Source: Eledone cirrhosa (lineage: Eukaryota). Taken from it: a stretch of 64,000 nucleotides of DNA. Each line of letters opens with the position of its first letter. Position 1 is the stretch's first letter. This document shows positions 44,890-59,367 of this stretch, piece after piece. The stretch is taken from NCBI GenBank assembly GCA_964016885.1, contig OZ024743.1, positions 291,834,001 through 291,898,000 of the forward strand, in the 5' to 3' direction. The notes under the pieces are model-generated. The model was not told the origin of the DNA, searched no databases, and worked only from the letters and a program-made list of their open reading frames with translations. Both the position numbers and the translations under genes were made by a program.

Positions 44890-47679
44890 TACGTTCGTCT
44901 ACAGCGTGATGGTTCCACGCTAAAATCACCGGGGGTGATGAAATCTTTGGGGGTGATGAAATCACCGGTGGTTATGTAACCATACATTCACCAATCCTCG
45001 ATATGAGTGTTTAAATATCGAACCTAAACTTGAGTCCCTACTGAATGGGACACTTCAAAACATAGACACTAAAAATAGACTGGAAATAAAGTACAAAACT
45101 AGGAGGAGAAATCTATATATCATCATAAAGGAACTGAAGCAACGCATTTTAGCAAAGAGTGCAAAGATTAGGCGGTAAGAGAGCAGAGGCACTCAGTATA
45201 GGCAGAACCGCATGTTTGACAACAACCAGAAGATGTTGTTTGGACAGCTTGAAGGGAAAGAAAGAGGCAACGACTTGATCCCTGAGGCGGAACAAACTAA
45301 AACATTCTGGAGAGGAATATGGGAGCAGGATGTTAAACATAATGACCAGGCAGTGTGGATTGAGACAGTACAAAAGGAGATTAGTGAACAAGCACACCAA
45401 CAAACTGATTTGAGTATCACAGTTGAAATTCTTAAAAGCAGGCCAAAAAACAAACCAACTTGAAATCACCAGGCCCAGATGGTGTGCAGGGGTATTGGAT
45501 CAAAAATGTAACACCCCTCCACCCGAAACTGAAAACCATGTTCAATGATAGCTTGATGTCGGGTGATGTACCAGAGTTGTTGACAAATGGTACCATAGTT
45601 CTGGTAATGAAAGACCGAATCAAGAGTAATGATGTTACCAATTAAAACCTATCACATGTCTGTCAGTAATGTGGAAACTGTTAACAAGCATTGTGTCTGA
45701 GGAAATCTCCCATCACCTCCACATAAACAACTTGTTACCGCCGGACGAACAGAATGGATGCCGAAAGAAGTCCCGTGGTACAAAAGACCAGTTACTTATT
45801 GATAAGATGGTAATGAGGAATTCCAAGAGAAGACACACTGGTCTTGCCATGGGTTGGATAGATTACAAAAAGACATCGAGATGGTGCCTCATTCTTGGAT
45901 AACCAAAGGCTTAGAGATCTTCAAGGTGGCAGATAACATCAGACAGTTGTTGAGCAAAAGTATGAAGTCCTGGGAAACAGAGTTAACATCGGGTGGAGAA
46001 TCGTTGGGAGGCGTGAAGATCAAGAGAGGTATCTTCCACGGAGATAGTTTGGCCCCCCTGTTGTTTGTCCTTGCCTTGATACCCCTGACCATTATACTGC
46101 GAAAGGTGAGAGCAGGATACAAGTTGGGAAAAGGAGAGCTTACCATCAACCACCTCCTCTTCATGGACGATCTTAAACTCTTTGGGAAGAGTGAGAAGGA
46201 GTTGGATGTACTTGTTGACACTGTCCGTATTTTCAGCAATGATATATGTATGCAATTTGGTATTAATAAGTGTGGAGTCCTAGCGATGAAGAGGGGTAAA
46301 TTGAGCAGAAGCAACGGAATCCAGGTACCAACAGGTGAGATAATAAAGGAAATTGACACTGAAGAAGGGTACACATATTTAGGTGTTCTGGAGGCAGATG
46401 ACATCAAGAACAAAAAAATGAAGGAATCGATAAGATTTGAGTACATTAGGAGAGTAAGGTGTGTATTAAAATCACACCTAAATCGTAGGAATATCATAAG
46501 TGCAGTGAATTACCGAGCTGTGTCTATTATTATGTACAGTGCGGAATTCTGAAATTGAATGTTGCTGAACAAAAAGAAATGGATAGGAAGACTAGGAATC
46601 TATTGACTATCTACAACATGTTCCACAAGAGGAGTGATGTCGATAGATTCTACTTAAATAAATCTGAAGGTGGAAGAGGTCTTATCAGCATAGAAGACTG
46701 TGTTCAGATGGAGAAAAACAACCTGCACAAATACGTGACTGACAGTAGGGAGCCAATGCTCAGAATTGTACTGAAGGATAAGGCAATAAACCAGGGAATG
46801 TCCAAGGAGGAAATAACAACGAGGAGGAGAAGCAACCTTCATGAAAAATCCCTTCATAGTACCTTCTTTAAGCAAACTGAATTTAGAGATCCACAGACAT
46901 AGGAACTAATTATAAAGAGGGGACCTTAAAAAGGCTACAGAAGGAATGTTAATGGCTGCGCAAGAGCAGGCCCTCGGAACGAAGAGGGTGAAACACCATA
47001 TTTTCAAGGAGGAGGCTAGCCCACTGTGTAGGATCTGTGGGGAGAGAGAGTATCCGAGAGAATATCCGAGAGAGTACCGAGTGTAAACACCTAGCCCAGA
47101 CTCACTATAAAGGCTGGAGACATGATGTGATGCGCAGGGTGATCCACTGACACCTATGAAAGTAAATAATTTACCACATTCTGAGAAGTGGTATGAGCAT
47201 AAGCCAGAGTCGGTGATAGAAAACGATCAGGTGAAGGTGCTATGGGATTTTAGGATACATACGGACAAGAAACTGGAACACAATAGGCCTGACCTGGTGA
47301 TTTTGGACAAGGAAAAAAGATATTGGCTGATTGTAGATGTAACCTGCCCATTTAACACGAGAGTGCAAGAAAAGGAGAGGGAGAAAATTAACCGATACCA
47401 GGATTTAAAGTGGGATGTAAAAAGGATTTGTAACTGCCATGAAGTCAGAGACGTCCCGATAGCGATAGGCGCACTAGGTACTATTTGAAAGAGTTTCCAA
47501 GGATGGTTAAAAAAAATTAGTCCAGCCCCGCTTTTTGGAACACTTCAAAAAGCATGCTTGCTGGGAACAGCAAGAACCCTCCGATAGGTCCTGAATATCT
47601 GAGGGTGCAGGTAGCGGCTTGATATTCATTTCAACAAATTTTCCAGTTAAATAACATCAATGACTGAGACTCAAAGAAC
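44890..47679 (+). mobile_element. R4/Dong-type LINE, second copy of the 11275-14830 family, with ~0.85-kb internal deletion
   Basis: KSPGPDG, GIFHGDSLAPLLF, NHLLFMDDLKLF, NRPDLVILDK; deletion junction at ~45030; (AAT)n tail. Confidence 0.92.
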
Positions 47680-47739
<60 letters not shown>

Positions 47740-47741
<2 letters not shown>

Positions 47742-50110
47742 ATTATGGATAAATGCCTTCACAGAGTCTCATGAGCTGTTAGCCCAACTTTACAATGAAT
47801 TGGTTAAGGAGCCAGAAAAGATACTATCATGGCTAGTTAACGGCATTACATTCCTACTTCCGAAGAATGATGAGACAAACAATCCCAAAAATTACAGACC
47901 GATAACTTGCTTGACCACAATGTATAACATTTTAACATCAGTCTTAACTGAATATACATATGATTACCTGATATGAAATGTTATATTTCCCAATGAGCAG
48001 AAACGGTGTAAACGACGCTCATGTGGCTATAAAGATCAGCTTTTGGTTAACAAAATGATACAGGAAGATTGTCATAATCGAAATAAAAATCTATCAATCG
48101 CTTGGATAGATTACAAAAAAGCATTCGATAGTTTGCCACACAGTTGGATTTAAAAATGTTTAGAAATTTTCAAAATATCTCCCGTTGTCAGGAGGTTCCT
48201 GTCATTCAGTATGAAGACATGTAAAACGACACTCCTTTTGAATAGTGAAAAAAAAATCACTGGAAGCTGGAGAAGTCAATATTAATTGTGGAATTTTTCA
48301 GGGTGAATCTTTATCACCGCTTTTATTCTGCATCGCACTTATACCATTAATTAAAATGCTTAATGAAACAAACATGGATATAAAGTCTATGACAAAACCA
48401 TTAATCACTTGTTCTACATGGATGACCTGAAACTATTTTCAAAAAATGATGACCAATTGCAAGGGCTATTATCCACAGTGAAGCAGTTCAATGATGACAT
48501 TAAAATGTAGTTAGGACTAGATAAATGCGCCAAAGCAACGTTCACCAGAGGAAAGCTGCTGAAAATTTCAGACATTAATCTTGATCGGGGGAATTTGATA
48601 AGAGAACTTGATCAAGAGGAAACTTACAAATATCTAGGTGTTTGTGAAGGAGACGGAATCAAGCGCTCGACAATGAGGGAAAGGATAAGGAAGGAATGTT
48701 ACCGCAGAGTAAGAGCAATCTTAAGAACGGTATCGAATGCAAGGAATAGGATCGAAGCCATAAACACGCTTGCCATTCCAGTAGTAACTTACAGTTTCAA
48801 TGTCATCAACTGGTCAAGCACAGAGATCCGTAGGCTCGATACAAAAATGAGAAAATGCTTAACCATGCACAGAATGCATCACCCTAAGGCAGATACAGAT
48901 AGAATATAACTCCCTAGTAAAGAAGGAGGACGTGGGTTAATCCAGTTAGATATTGCGTTGAAAACTGCAACAATTGGATTATCTACATATCTAAGGGAAT
49001 CACCTGATTAAATGATTAAACTCGTTTTGAAACACGAAAGCATCAAAAGATCATACTCCATTGCAAAAGATGCACAAAGATACAGTAATGGACTACAAAT
49101 TTCAGAAGTTCCATTTACTGCTGAAATGAAAAACACAGAAAAAGCAAAGCAGGTAAAAGTAACTGCAAAGAAAGAACTGCTACAGAAACTGGCTAAGAAA
49201 TGGCAAGAAAAGCCTCTGTATGGAAAATACCCAGAAAGAGCTAACAATCCTGATGTTGACAAAACTTTAACCCATCAGTGGTTGGCATCCTTTCGACTGA
49301 AATCGGAGACTGAAGGACTGATTATATCAGCACAAGATCAGTGTCTGCCAACAAAAATTATCAAGCCAACTTAATAAAAAATGGATGCAACCCATTATGC
49401 CGTGTATGTAAAAAGTAACCAAAGACCATTGATCATATAATTTCAATGTGCAGTCCTATAGATCCAACCGAATACCTAAACAGGCATGACAGTGCTGCAC
49501 AATACATACATTGGATAATGTCTAAGCATTTTAACCTGCCCCATCAAAAGAATTGGTGGGAGCATCCACCACCTCCCGTACTTGAAAAAGATCACTTCTC
49601 AATCTTGTGGAACTTTAGCATCCAAACAGACCGAAAAATAGATGCAAATAGACCTGATATAATACAGAAGGACTTTAAAAGATGGTATGCCTACTAATTG
49701 ATATATCCGTTCAAATACACAAGAATGTATCCATAAAAAACATTTGAAAAATTGAGCAAGTTTAAGGATCTGGAGATAGAAATTTGAAAAATATGGATAT
49801 TGAGAACTAAAAGAATACCAGTGGTTGTAGGCGCTCTAGGAATGAAACCTAAGGGGTCTAATGATTACTTATCGCAAATCCCGGGAAACCCGCGTATAGT
49901 ACAAATACAAAAGATAGTACTAATTATAACGGCCCATATACTTAGGAAGATTCTGTCAATATAAGTACATCACAAGTCTAAACACCGAGAGATGCAGTGG
50001 TGTGTGTGTGTGTACTTTCTTGAACATGGCGGACCTTGTTGTCTTTTGATGTCACTGTTGGTGACTTGGTGATAAATTGTATGAACATAAAGCAAGATTA
50101 ATGCAACTGT
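47740..50110 (+). mobile_element. 5'-truncated R4/Dong-type LINE, second family
   Basis: NYRPITCL, DYKKAFDS, GIFQGESLSPLLF, YMDDLKLF, YKYLG, RHD..IHW, NRPDII; (AAT)n on both sides. Confidence 0.9.
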
Positions 50111-50125
50111 AATAATAATAATAAT

Positions 50126-50313
50126 AATTGTTTCTACTTTTGGCACAAGGCCAGCAAATACCCAGTGCATTAATGGTAATTTATTTTATCGACCCCGTAA
50201 GGATGAAAGGCAAAGTGAACTTCGGCGTGATTTGAACTAAGACTGTAAAGGGACGTAACTATGCTGGAAAGCATGCTGTCCGACTCTCTACCGATACTGC
50301 CAATCCACCGCCC
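50126..50313 (-). mobile_element. tRNA-derived SINE (copy 5) between two (AAT)n tracts
   Basis: Reverse complement of the family consensus. Confidence 0.88.
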
Positions 50314-50351
<38 letters not shown>

Positions 50352-50352
<1 letters not shown>

Positions 50353-53300
50353 TAATGCTTTCTTTATTAACCACAAGGGTTTACATAAAGTAGACATTAA
50401 GGACAGTACAGAACAATACAGGTCGGTACAAATGGGCATTTCTGCGTGTAAAAAAAACAAAAACATAGGATGTAACAAAAAAATATCAATGAAAAATTCC
50501 CTAATAGGGGGAGACTTCCGAGGGACATTTGTGGAGAAAGCCCATTAAAAGGCCACAGTGACCCTGACCACTAGAGCAAGTGCCCTCTCCCAATTTTCCA
50601 CCTTCAATTTACAGGCACATACTCAGTGTAGGCCCATTCACTCGGGCCATTCTTGCCTCTCTCATCGATCTTTCAACAAAATGCTGGGAAGAGAGCACTT
50701 CCCTCTCTACTCTGATTTTCCTTTTCAAACGAAATTTGAAAAAGTTAATCAGGGCATCACTGAAGCGGTAAGTGCTCATCTTCAGCCCTTTCAGACGTGT
50801 CCACCATACTATCTCTTTCGCTATGTCTACCTGGCAGATAAAAACTGCTTGCCCTTCCCGACTAAAGGAAGAGGGCGGGCAATCCTCACGATGGTCTCAG
50901 CTGATAGCCGGATTCGTTCTACATGCGACAGCAAGTGTTCAACATAAACCCACAAGTCCACAATGCTCGGACACTTAACAAATGCGGGCAGGACGGTTTC
51001 TTCACCCTGCGTGCATCTCGCACATTCCCGGCTGACGGCACTTTCATGCCTGTAGAGTTTATCCCGAACTGGCAAAGCTCCTCTGTAGCACTGCTAGGCT
51101 AGGGATTTCTGGAAATTGTCCATAGGCCTCATCGAGGAAGAGTTGGAGATGTCGTATCCTGAGCGTGTGTCTGCGCATCATCAGCCACGGCATGTCCAGC
51201 CCTCCACTTAGCGGGTGTTGACAGCAGATGGACCGCCTGACCATAGAAGCGCGACCCTTCCACAAAAAGCGTAAGAGCAAACGCTCCAGCGCAGTCAGGT
51301 GAGAGATAGGTCAAGGCACGACGGTCAGGCGGTAGTAGATAACGGACGCGATGTACGCATTCGCCAACTCCACTCGACCTTTTAGGGATAGCTTCCTCTC
51401 TGCCTATTTCTGTGTGAGAGAAGCCACCCTGCTCGTCACCTCGTCCCACTTTTTGTCCGTCTGCAGGTCCGGACCGAACCAGACCCCTAGCAATTTAACT
51501 GATTCGACCGTCCAGTGCTCAAAGACGCTGTTGACGGTATGGACCTGCATCTCCAGGTGGCGAGCTGCAGGCCCACCGACTTTTCCTGGTTGATCATTGC
51601 TCCTGTCACTGCTTTGTATTCTCTTAGTGTAGTGCCGATCACCTCGATGTGTTTGGTGTTCGACACCACTACGGTGACATCGTCCGCATGTGCTGATGCG
51701 AATCTTCTGCATTCTAGTTTACGCGGGATCCCCCTCAACATCTCCAGTTTGTGCAGTAATGGCTCGAGCGTCAATACGTACAAGAGGGGTGAGAGGGGAC
51801 ATCCTTGGCGGACCGAGCGCATGATGTTAACGGTTCCGAAAGGTGACCGTTCACTCTCACCACAGAGCAGATGTCGCTGTGCATCGCAGCGATCCAGCCT
51901 CTGAAGACGGGCCCAAAGCCTGCCACCCTCTGGACTGCCGCCAGATAAGGATGGTCGACCCTATCGAAAGTTTTCGACTACTCTAAATTGATCAAGGACC
52001 CACCCGTGCCAGGTACCCTATCTACCCACTCCACGACGTATCGCATGAAGTAGAGGTTGTCGTGGATGGATCAGTCTGGAATGGCGCATGTCTGCGCCTC
52101 TCCCACCAGACCACCAACGACAAGCGTCAACCTCTTTGCTAGCACCTTGGCCAAAATCTTTAACTCTGTGTTTTGAAGAGATATGGGCCTGAAATTATCT
52201 ATGTTATCACCCTTGTTCGGATCCTTTCTCAGCAGCGCCACAGCTCCTCGGCTCACAGAGCTGGGAATTCTCCAATTCTGTTGCCAGTTGCAGTAGACGT
52301 CCGCCAAGAGGCCTCCGAACAAGTCTGGAATCTGTACGTAAAGTTCATAGGGCAGACTATCCAAACCAGGCGATTTAACCCTTTGTGAAGCTAGTTATTG
52401 CCTCCCGTATTTCAGCGGCTGTTATCCGCTTTTCGCAACACTCCGTCTCAGTGGCCGAGAGCCGCGGCAGTCCATTGAGGTAGGCACTAAAGTCTATCTA
52501 TCATACCGGCCCACCGCTGCCCCCTAACATCTGAGCGAAGTGTCGCTGAAAAGCTTCACACATTTGCACGGGATCGAGTAGCATGCGCCCGTCGTGGTGC
52601 CCCAAAGACCGGATCGCCACTCGGGCCCATTGAACGGCTTTCGTTCCCTCGTGTCTGAAAGCATGCACCCTAGCTTTGACAACGCAACCTTCGTGTTTTG
52701 CATTGAAAAATTTGTCAAGGGCCAATTTCGCCGCAAGTACGTCGTTCGCGATAGCTTTACTAAGCGCCTCGTCTAATTTCCTAACTAGTTCTCTCTCTGC
52801 TCTATGTTTCTCTATTTCTAAATCCTTACTAAACCTAATGAACTCTATTCTAATCGTTCTTTTCAGAGCAACCCACTATCTGTTGTTGACGATGAACCCC
52901 GTCAACGCCCGCTCAACTAGTTCGCTAATCCGGTCTCTGTAGTCCTTGTGCGCTGTTAATGACGAGTTTAGTTTCCAGCAGCCGTGTCCCTGTTTATGAA
53001 GCCTATCTAAGTCAACCTCACAGACACGAATTTCTAGTCCGTGCAGTCGGCTATTTTGACATGTGGACAGCCTATGCTAGACCTATCTATTTCCCTACAA
53101 AATACCCTATCTAGATATGATCTGAATGACCCGATGCGGTTTGTCCATGTCCATATTGCACCTTCGGGAAATCCAGATGGTACCTGAGAAGGTTTGCAAG
53201 GCTTTTACACCCTCCTGCCCTATCCGCTAATCCCACACAATCCCAGCGTGCATCTAAGATACCGTTCCAGTCGCCCACTAACACTAGAGAGCAGGACGTT

Positions 53301-53822
53301 CCAATAAAACTCTCCAGACGCCGGAAGAATTAAGGCCGTCCTGCTCCTGGTGGGGCATAGGCGGCCACTAGCTTGAAAGCTTGTCCTTCTTCGATGGTCA
53401 CGTCCATTACCACCAAATTACCCTCTAGGTCCAAGAAGATCTCGAGATCCAGACTTCTCTGTAATAACTCCCCATCCCCGGATCCGGTACGGCTTGGAGA
53501 TATGTACACCTCGTAGCCGCCTAAAATGGGTGCGAATGCCCGTGCCTCGGAGATTCTGGTTAAGCTGATGGCCACCACATCTACGTTTAGCGACCTGAGA
53601 TCGTTCAGCTGGTGGCCCTGCCTCCAAGGCGACCCCAGTCCACGTACATTTAGGCTCACTATTCCGAAAGAAGCCATGTTGGCTAGGATAGGATGAAAAC
53701 AAGTGAGAGAGGAGAGGTACAAAAAACTACCTGTGGTTCTTCTTTAGGAAGGGGGTGGATGATACATCCCTCCGACTATTGCTGGGTTTCTCCAGGAGAA
53801 TATCAGTGAATATTCTTTCACC
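50352..53822 (-). mobile_element. Tx1-like LINE copy C: decayed ORF2, 5'-truncated
   Basis: SLNVRGL, NFRPISL, RQGCPLSPLLY, AHADD fragments; 3' AATAAA followed by (ATT)n. Confidence 0.92.
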
Positions 53823-53865
<43 letters not shown>

Positions 53866-53868
<3 letters not shown>

Positions 53869-56800
53869 TTTTCTTTATTAACCACAAGGGTTCACATAAA
53901 GTAGACATTAAGGACAGTACAGGACAATACAGGACGGTACAAATGGGCATTTCTGCGTGTAAAAAAACAGAGGTTGAAATAAAATAACAAAGAAAAATTC
54001 CCCAATAGGGGGGAGACTTCCAAGGGACATTTGTGGAGAAAGCCCATTAAAAGACCACAGTGGCCCTGACCACCAGGGCAAGTGCCCTCTCCCAGTTTTC
54101 CACCTTTAATTTACAGACACATACTCAGAAAAGGCCCATTCATTCGGGCCATACTTGCTTCTCTCACCCATCTTTCAACAAAATGCTGGGAAGAGAGCAC
54201 TTCCCTCTCTACCCTGATTTTCCTTTTCAAATGAAATTTGAAAAAGTTAATCAGGGCATCACCGAAGAGGTAAGTGCTCGTCTTCAGCCCTTTCAAACGT
54301 GTCCACCATACTATCTCTTTCGCCATGGCCACCAGACAGATAAAAACTGCCTGCCCTTCCAGGCTAAAGGAAGGGGGCGGGGCAATCCTCACGATGGACT
54401 CAGCTGATAGCTGGATAGGTCCTACACGTGACAGCAGGTGTTCGACATAAACCCACAAGTCAGTAATGCTCGGACACTGGACGAGTGCGTGCAGGACGGT
54501 TTCGTCGCCCTGCGCGCATCTCGGACATGCCCGGCTGACGGCACCTCCATGCCTGTAGAGTTTATCCCGAACTGGCAAAGCTCCTCGGTAGCACTGCCAG
54601 GCCAGGGATTTCTGGAAGTTGTCCATAGGCCCCGGCCCGAAAGTCCTTCCGAAGAGATTGGCTAGTTGATTTTCGTCGACGCCTAGAGTTTCTCCAAGTA
54701 CGTCGTCGCTCTTCCCCTCCACTAATCCCCTATAGAACGCCAAGGTGGAGTTTCCACCGATCACATTGCCCGATTGGTCGAGGGCTGTGAGCGCCTGAAG
54801 ACATTCCAGTCTCTAAGCGCTCCCTCTCGGTCTTCGCTTGACCCAGGACTGCAGCTCCATCAAGGAGACGAGCTGGGGAAAAACGTGTCTTGCAAACGGC
54901 GACCGCACCTGATCACCGTCGAGGAAGAGGTGGAGATGTCGTAGCCTGAGCGCGTGTCTGCGCATCATCAGCCACGGCATGCCCAGCCCTCCACGTAGCG
55001 GGTGTTAACAGCAGATGGACCGCCTGACCATCGGATATGCTGACACGGATCTTCCGCATCCTAGTTCGCGCGGGACCCCCCTCAACGTCTCCAGTTTGTG
55101 CAGTAATGGCTCGAGAGTCAATACGTACAATAGGGACGAGAGGGGACATCCTTGGCGGACCGAGCGCATGATGTTGAACGGTTCCGAAAGGTGACCGTTC
55201 ACTCTCACTACAGAGCAGATGTCGCTGTGCATGCCAGCGATCCAGCCTCTGAAGACGGGCCCAAAGCCAGCCGCCCTCAGGACTGCCGCTAGGTAACGAT
55301 GGTCGACCCTATCGAAGGCTTTCGACTGATCTAAATTGATCAAAGACCCACCCGTGCCAGGTTCCCTAGCTACCCTCTCTACGATGTATCGCATGAGGTG
55401 GAGGTTGTCGTGGATGGATCTGTCGGGAATGGCGCATGTCTGTGCCTCTCCCACCAGACCACCAACGACAAGCGCCAACCTCTTTGCTAGCACCTTGGCC
55501 AAAATCTTGAACTCTGTGTTTAGCAGAGTTATGGGCCTAAAATTATCTATGTTATCCCCCTTGTTCGGATCCTTTCTCAGCAGCGCCACCGCTCCTCGGC
55601 TCACAGAGCTGGGAATTCTCCCGTTCTGTTGCCAGTTGCAGTAGACGTCCGCCAAGAGGCCTCCGAACAAGTTTGGCATTTGTACGTAAAGTTCATAGGG
55701 CAGACCATCCAAACCAGGCGATTTGCCCCTTGTGCAACTAGTCATTGCATCCCGTACTTCAGCGGTTGTTATCGGCTTTTCGCAACACTCCGCCTCAGTG
55801 GCCGAAAGCCGCGGCAGTCCGTCGAGGTAGACACTAAAGTCCATCCCTCGATCCGGCCCGCCACTGCCCCCGAACAGTTGAGCGAAGTGTCGCTGAAAAG
55901 CTTCACACATTTGCCCGGGATCGAGTAGCATGCGCCCGTCGTGGTCCACCAAAGACCGGATCGTGGCTTTGTTGCCACGACGCGCCTCCGCCACTCGGGC
56001 CCATTGAACGGCTTTCGTCCCCTCGTGTCTGAGAGCACGCACCCTAGCTCTGACAACGCAGCCTTCGTGCTTTGCATTGAAGAATTGGTCAAGGGCCAAT
56101 TTCGCCGCAAGCACGTCGGTCGCGATGCCTTTGCTAAGCGCCTCATCTAATTTTCTAACTAATTCTCCCTCTGCTCTATTTTTCTCTATTGCTAAAGTCT
56201 TACTAAACCTAATGGACTCTATTCTAATTGCTCTTTTCAGAGCAAACCACCACCTGTTGTTGAACGATGGCCCGCGTCAACGCCCGCTTAACTAGTTCGC
56301 TAATCCGGTCTCTGTAGGCCTTGCGCGCTGGTAAGGACGCGTTTAGCTTCCAGTAGCCGGGTCCTCGTCTATGAAGCCTATCTAAGTCAAGCACACAGAT
56401 CACGAATTTGTGGTCCGTGTAGCTGACTATCTTGAATTGTGGACAGCCTATGCTAGACCTATCTATTTCCCTACAAAATACTCTATCTAGATATGATCTG
56501 GATGACCCTATGCGATTTGTCCAAGTCCACATTGGTACATTCGGGAAATCCATTCGGTACCTGTCAGACAGTTCAAAACGTCTGAGCAGGTTGGTGAGAC
56601 TCTTGCACCCTCCTTCCCTATCCACTAATCCCACACAATCCCAGCGTGCATCTAAGATCCCGTTCCAGTCGCCCACTAACACTAAAGAGCGGGACGTTCC
56701 AAGAAAGGTCTCCAGACGCCGGAAGAAATCAGGCCGCCCTGCTCCTGTCGGGGCATAGACGGCCACTAACCTGAAAGCTTGCCCGTCTCCGCTGGTCACG

Positions 56801-59324
56801 TCCAGCACCACCAACTTATCTTCTGGGTCCAGGAAGATGGCCCGTATGGCAAGATTCAAACCTCTCCGAAAAAGCACAGCAACTCCTCGCCCCGATCCCG
56901 GACGGCTGGGAGATGCGTACACATCGTAGCCGCCGAAGATCGGTGCGAAAGCCTGTGCTTCGGAGATTCTGGTCTCGCTGATGGCCACTACATCTATGTT
57001 TAGTGACCTGAGGTCGTTGAGCAGGTGGCCCTGCTTCCATGACGACCCCAAACCACGCGCATTTATGCTGCCTATTCTGAGTGAGGTCATGTTGAAAAGG
57101 AGTGGAAATGATGGGAAAGACCACTTACCTTACTTCTCGTAGGGGAAGGACGGCTTTTCCATCCTTTTCACTGCTTGTGGCCTCCTCAGGAAGGATGTCC
57201 TTATAAATCCTCCTGGAGAGTGCTTGTCGGAAGTCTCCGATGTCTTTGGGGAATTTTTGTTTTAGTGTCATGTACGTTTTCTGTGTGATGCGAGTGATTT
57301 GTATGTGTGGAGGTGGTGTGAATTTTGGGGTTGTTGTGTAGTCTTTTTCTGTGATGCTGGTGTTGTGTTGGATGTAGTGTAATAATTGCTTGTTGTTCAA
57401 ATTTAATGCTGTGTAGTGTGTATCGTTTTGGTTGTTTTGTTTTGTTTGCGTTTGTTGTGGGTTTGTTTCTGTTTCGCTTTTTGGTGACTTTTGTGGTGTA
57501 GGTGATGGTGGTGCTGGGGATAATGATGGTGATGGGTTTGGTGTTTGGGTTGATGGGGTTGGTGATGCTGGTGTGGATGGTGGCATATCTGTCCTAACTT
57601 TTTTGTTTCTTAGTTTATTTGTTTCCCTCTGTATTTTGTTTTTGGAGGGGGAAGGAAGAGAATTTTTTCTTTTTTGGTTTCTTTTTTTTTTTCCGGATAT
57701 CGTTTCCCACTCCTCGTCGTCACAATCTGTCTCCAGTTGTGATAGACGGGGAGTGGAAAATCCTCCACAGCCGTTAGTTTTGGTTGTGGTGTGGTGGATG
57801 GTGTAGGCGCTGGTGCTAGTTCTGAAGCGTTGGCTGGTGGTGGTGTTGGTTTTGCTGGTGGTGGTAGTGGTGTTGGTTTTGCTACCGTTGCTGGGGTTGT
57901 TGCTGTTATAGTTGCTTCTGTTGTTGCTGCTACAGTTGTTGCTGCCATTTCTGCTACTGGTGGTGTTGATGGTTGTGTCACTGGGGTGGGTAGGAGAGGT
58001 GGCCTCAACCTTTTAGCCTGAGGGCAGAAAGCCCTTAGGTGGGTTCCTTCACCACAAACGACACACCTAGGTCTTCTGCCCTCGACAATTACCGTGAGGT
58101 GGCTGCCGTCAGTGAGGTCTATTACCTCTGGGATCTCCTCAATGCTTTTTTGGTCCGCTTGGATCAGGAGCTCCATCCCAGATCCGGACCAGTTTTCCTG
58201 CTTTTCTTTTGCTACTGCTATTATTTTCGTGTTGGCTTCGATGCCGGTGAGGACAGCCGCTATTAGCCAGGGAATTTCGATGGCCGGTGGAACGTGGGTC
58301 ACCCTGATCTTTACGAGTCTCTGGCCACAATAGCTTGGGACGAGTGTGAGGTCGTCACTTTTTAATGGGGCCATGGAGTGTTCTCTAGCCTCCTCTGGTG
58401 TTTCAAAGAACACATCCACGGTTCCATACTTTTGCCCACGTCTGATGTGGGTTTTTCTTGCCCACACATGTCCCAAAGCTTTTTGGATTTGGGACTCGGA
58501 TGCCCGTTCCACTCGGCGCGATTTTACATTTATTGTTCTATACGACACGGTGCACAGGCGCCGATGCTCCATTTTATTAGGTGGGGGGATGAGGCTGACC
58601 CTGTACCCATCTTTCTTTACCATTTGTTTGGCATTTTCTAAATCTTCTTGAGTTACCGTGAACGCTTCGAATTGTTTTGCTACGATGGCGAAACTGAGGG
58701 TCGGTTTTATAATGTCATTGTTGTTGTTGTTGCTATCGTTAATATTAATTTTATTTTCAGTTGTGGTGGTGGTGACGTTAGTCGTCTTTGGTGGGGAAGA
58801 GTCCATTTTGCTTGATTTCATTTCGACGTCACGAGTTAATTTATTTTTTTCTTCTTTTGTTTCTGTTGTCGCGGTGGTGGTGGTGGTGGTGGTGGTGGTT
58901 GTCGCGGTGGTGGTGGTGGTGGAGGGTTAACACCTGCAGTCATTGGTAATGGCGGGAAATGAATGTCTGCCTGAGACAAATTTAAAATATTGCTACTGCT
59001 TATATTTTTTTTTTGTGTTGGCAAACGTAGTAACATTTACAATGGTGGTGTCGGTGTGAGGTGTTATTTTGTGAGGAAGGCTTTCAGCTGCTTCGTGCAG
59101 AGGGGAATTAGCCATTTTTTTTCAAAGAAATGTTTGGATAATAATAAAAGTTAAAATTTTGGGCACAAGGCCCCAATCTTTTTGGGTGTCCTTTTCGGAA
59201 AACAATGTATGTGTGCTTATAAACAGTTTACAATAAAATTTTCCATAAATGGCAATTTTTAAACAAACGGAAATAACAAACCTTTACGGAGCTCACGATA
59301 ATACGATTTCCTACGTAGGTCGCC
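53866..59324 (-). mobile_element. Tx1-like LINE copy A: full length, inactivated
   Basis: ORF1 pieces 57610-58821 and 57125-57586; ORF2 pieces 56224-57090, 55005-56114, 54111-54764; 441-nt deletion at 55034/55035 removes ADD of YADD. Confidence 0.95.
57125..58821 (-). pseudogene. Tx1 ORF1 (gag-like, CCHC zinc knuckle), frameshifted
   Basis: CVVCGEGTHLRAFC knuckle; Pro/Thr-rich region. Confidence 0.85.

Positions 59325-59367
<43 letters not shown>

Noticed and set aside
57389-57732. ORF1 deletion interpreted as a spliced intron
   Set aside because: The sense-strand segment does not begin with GT or GC
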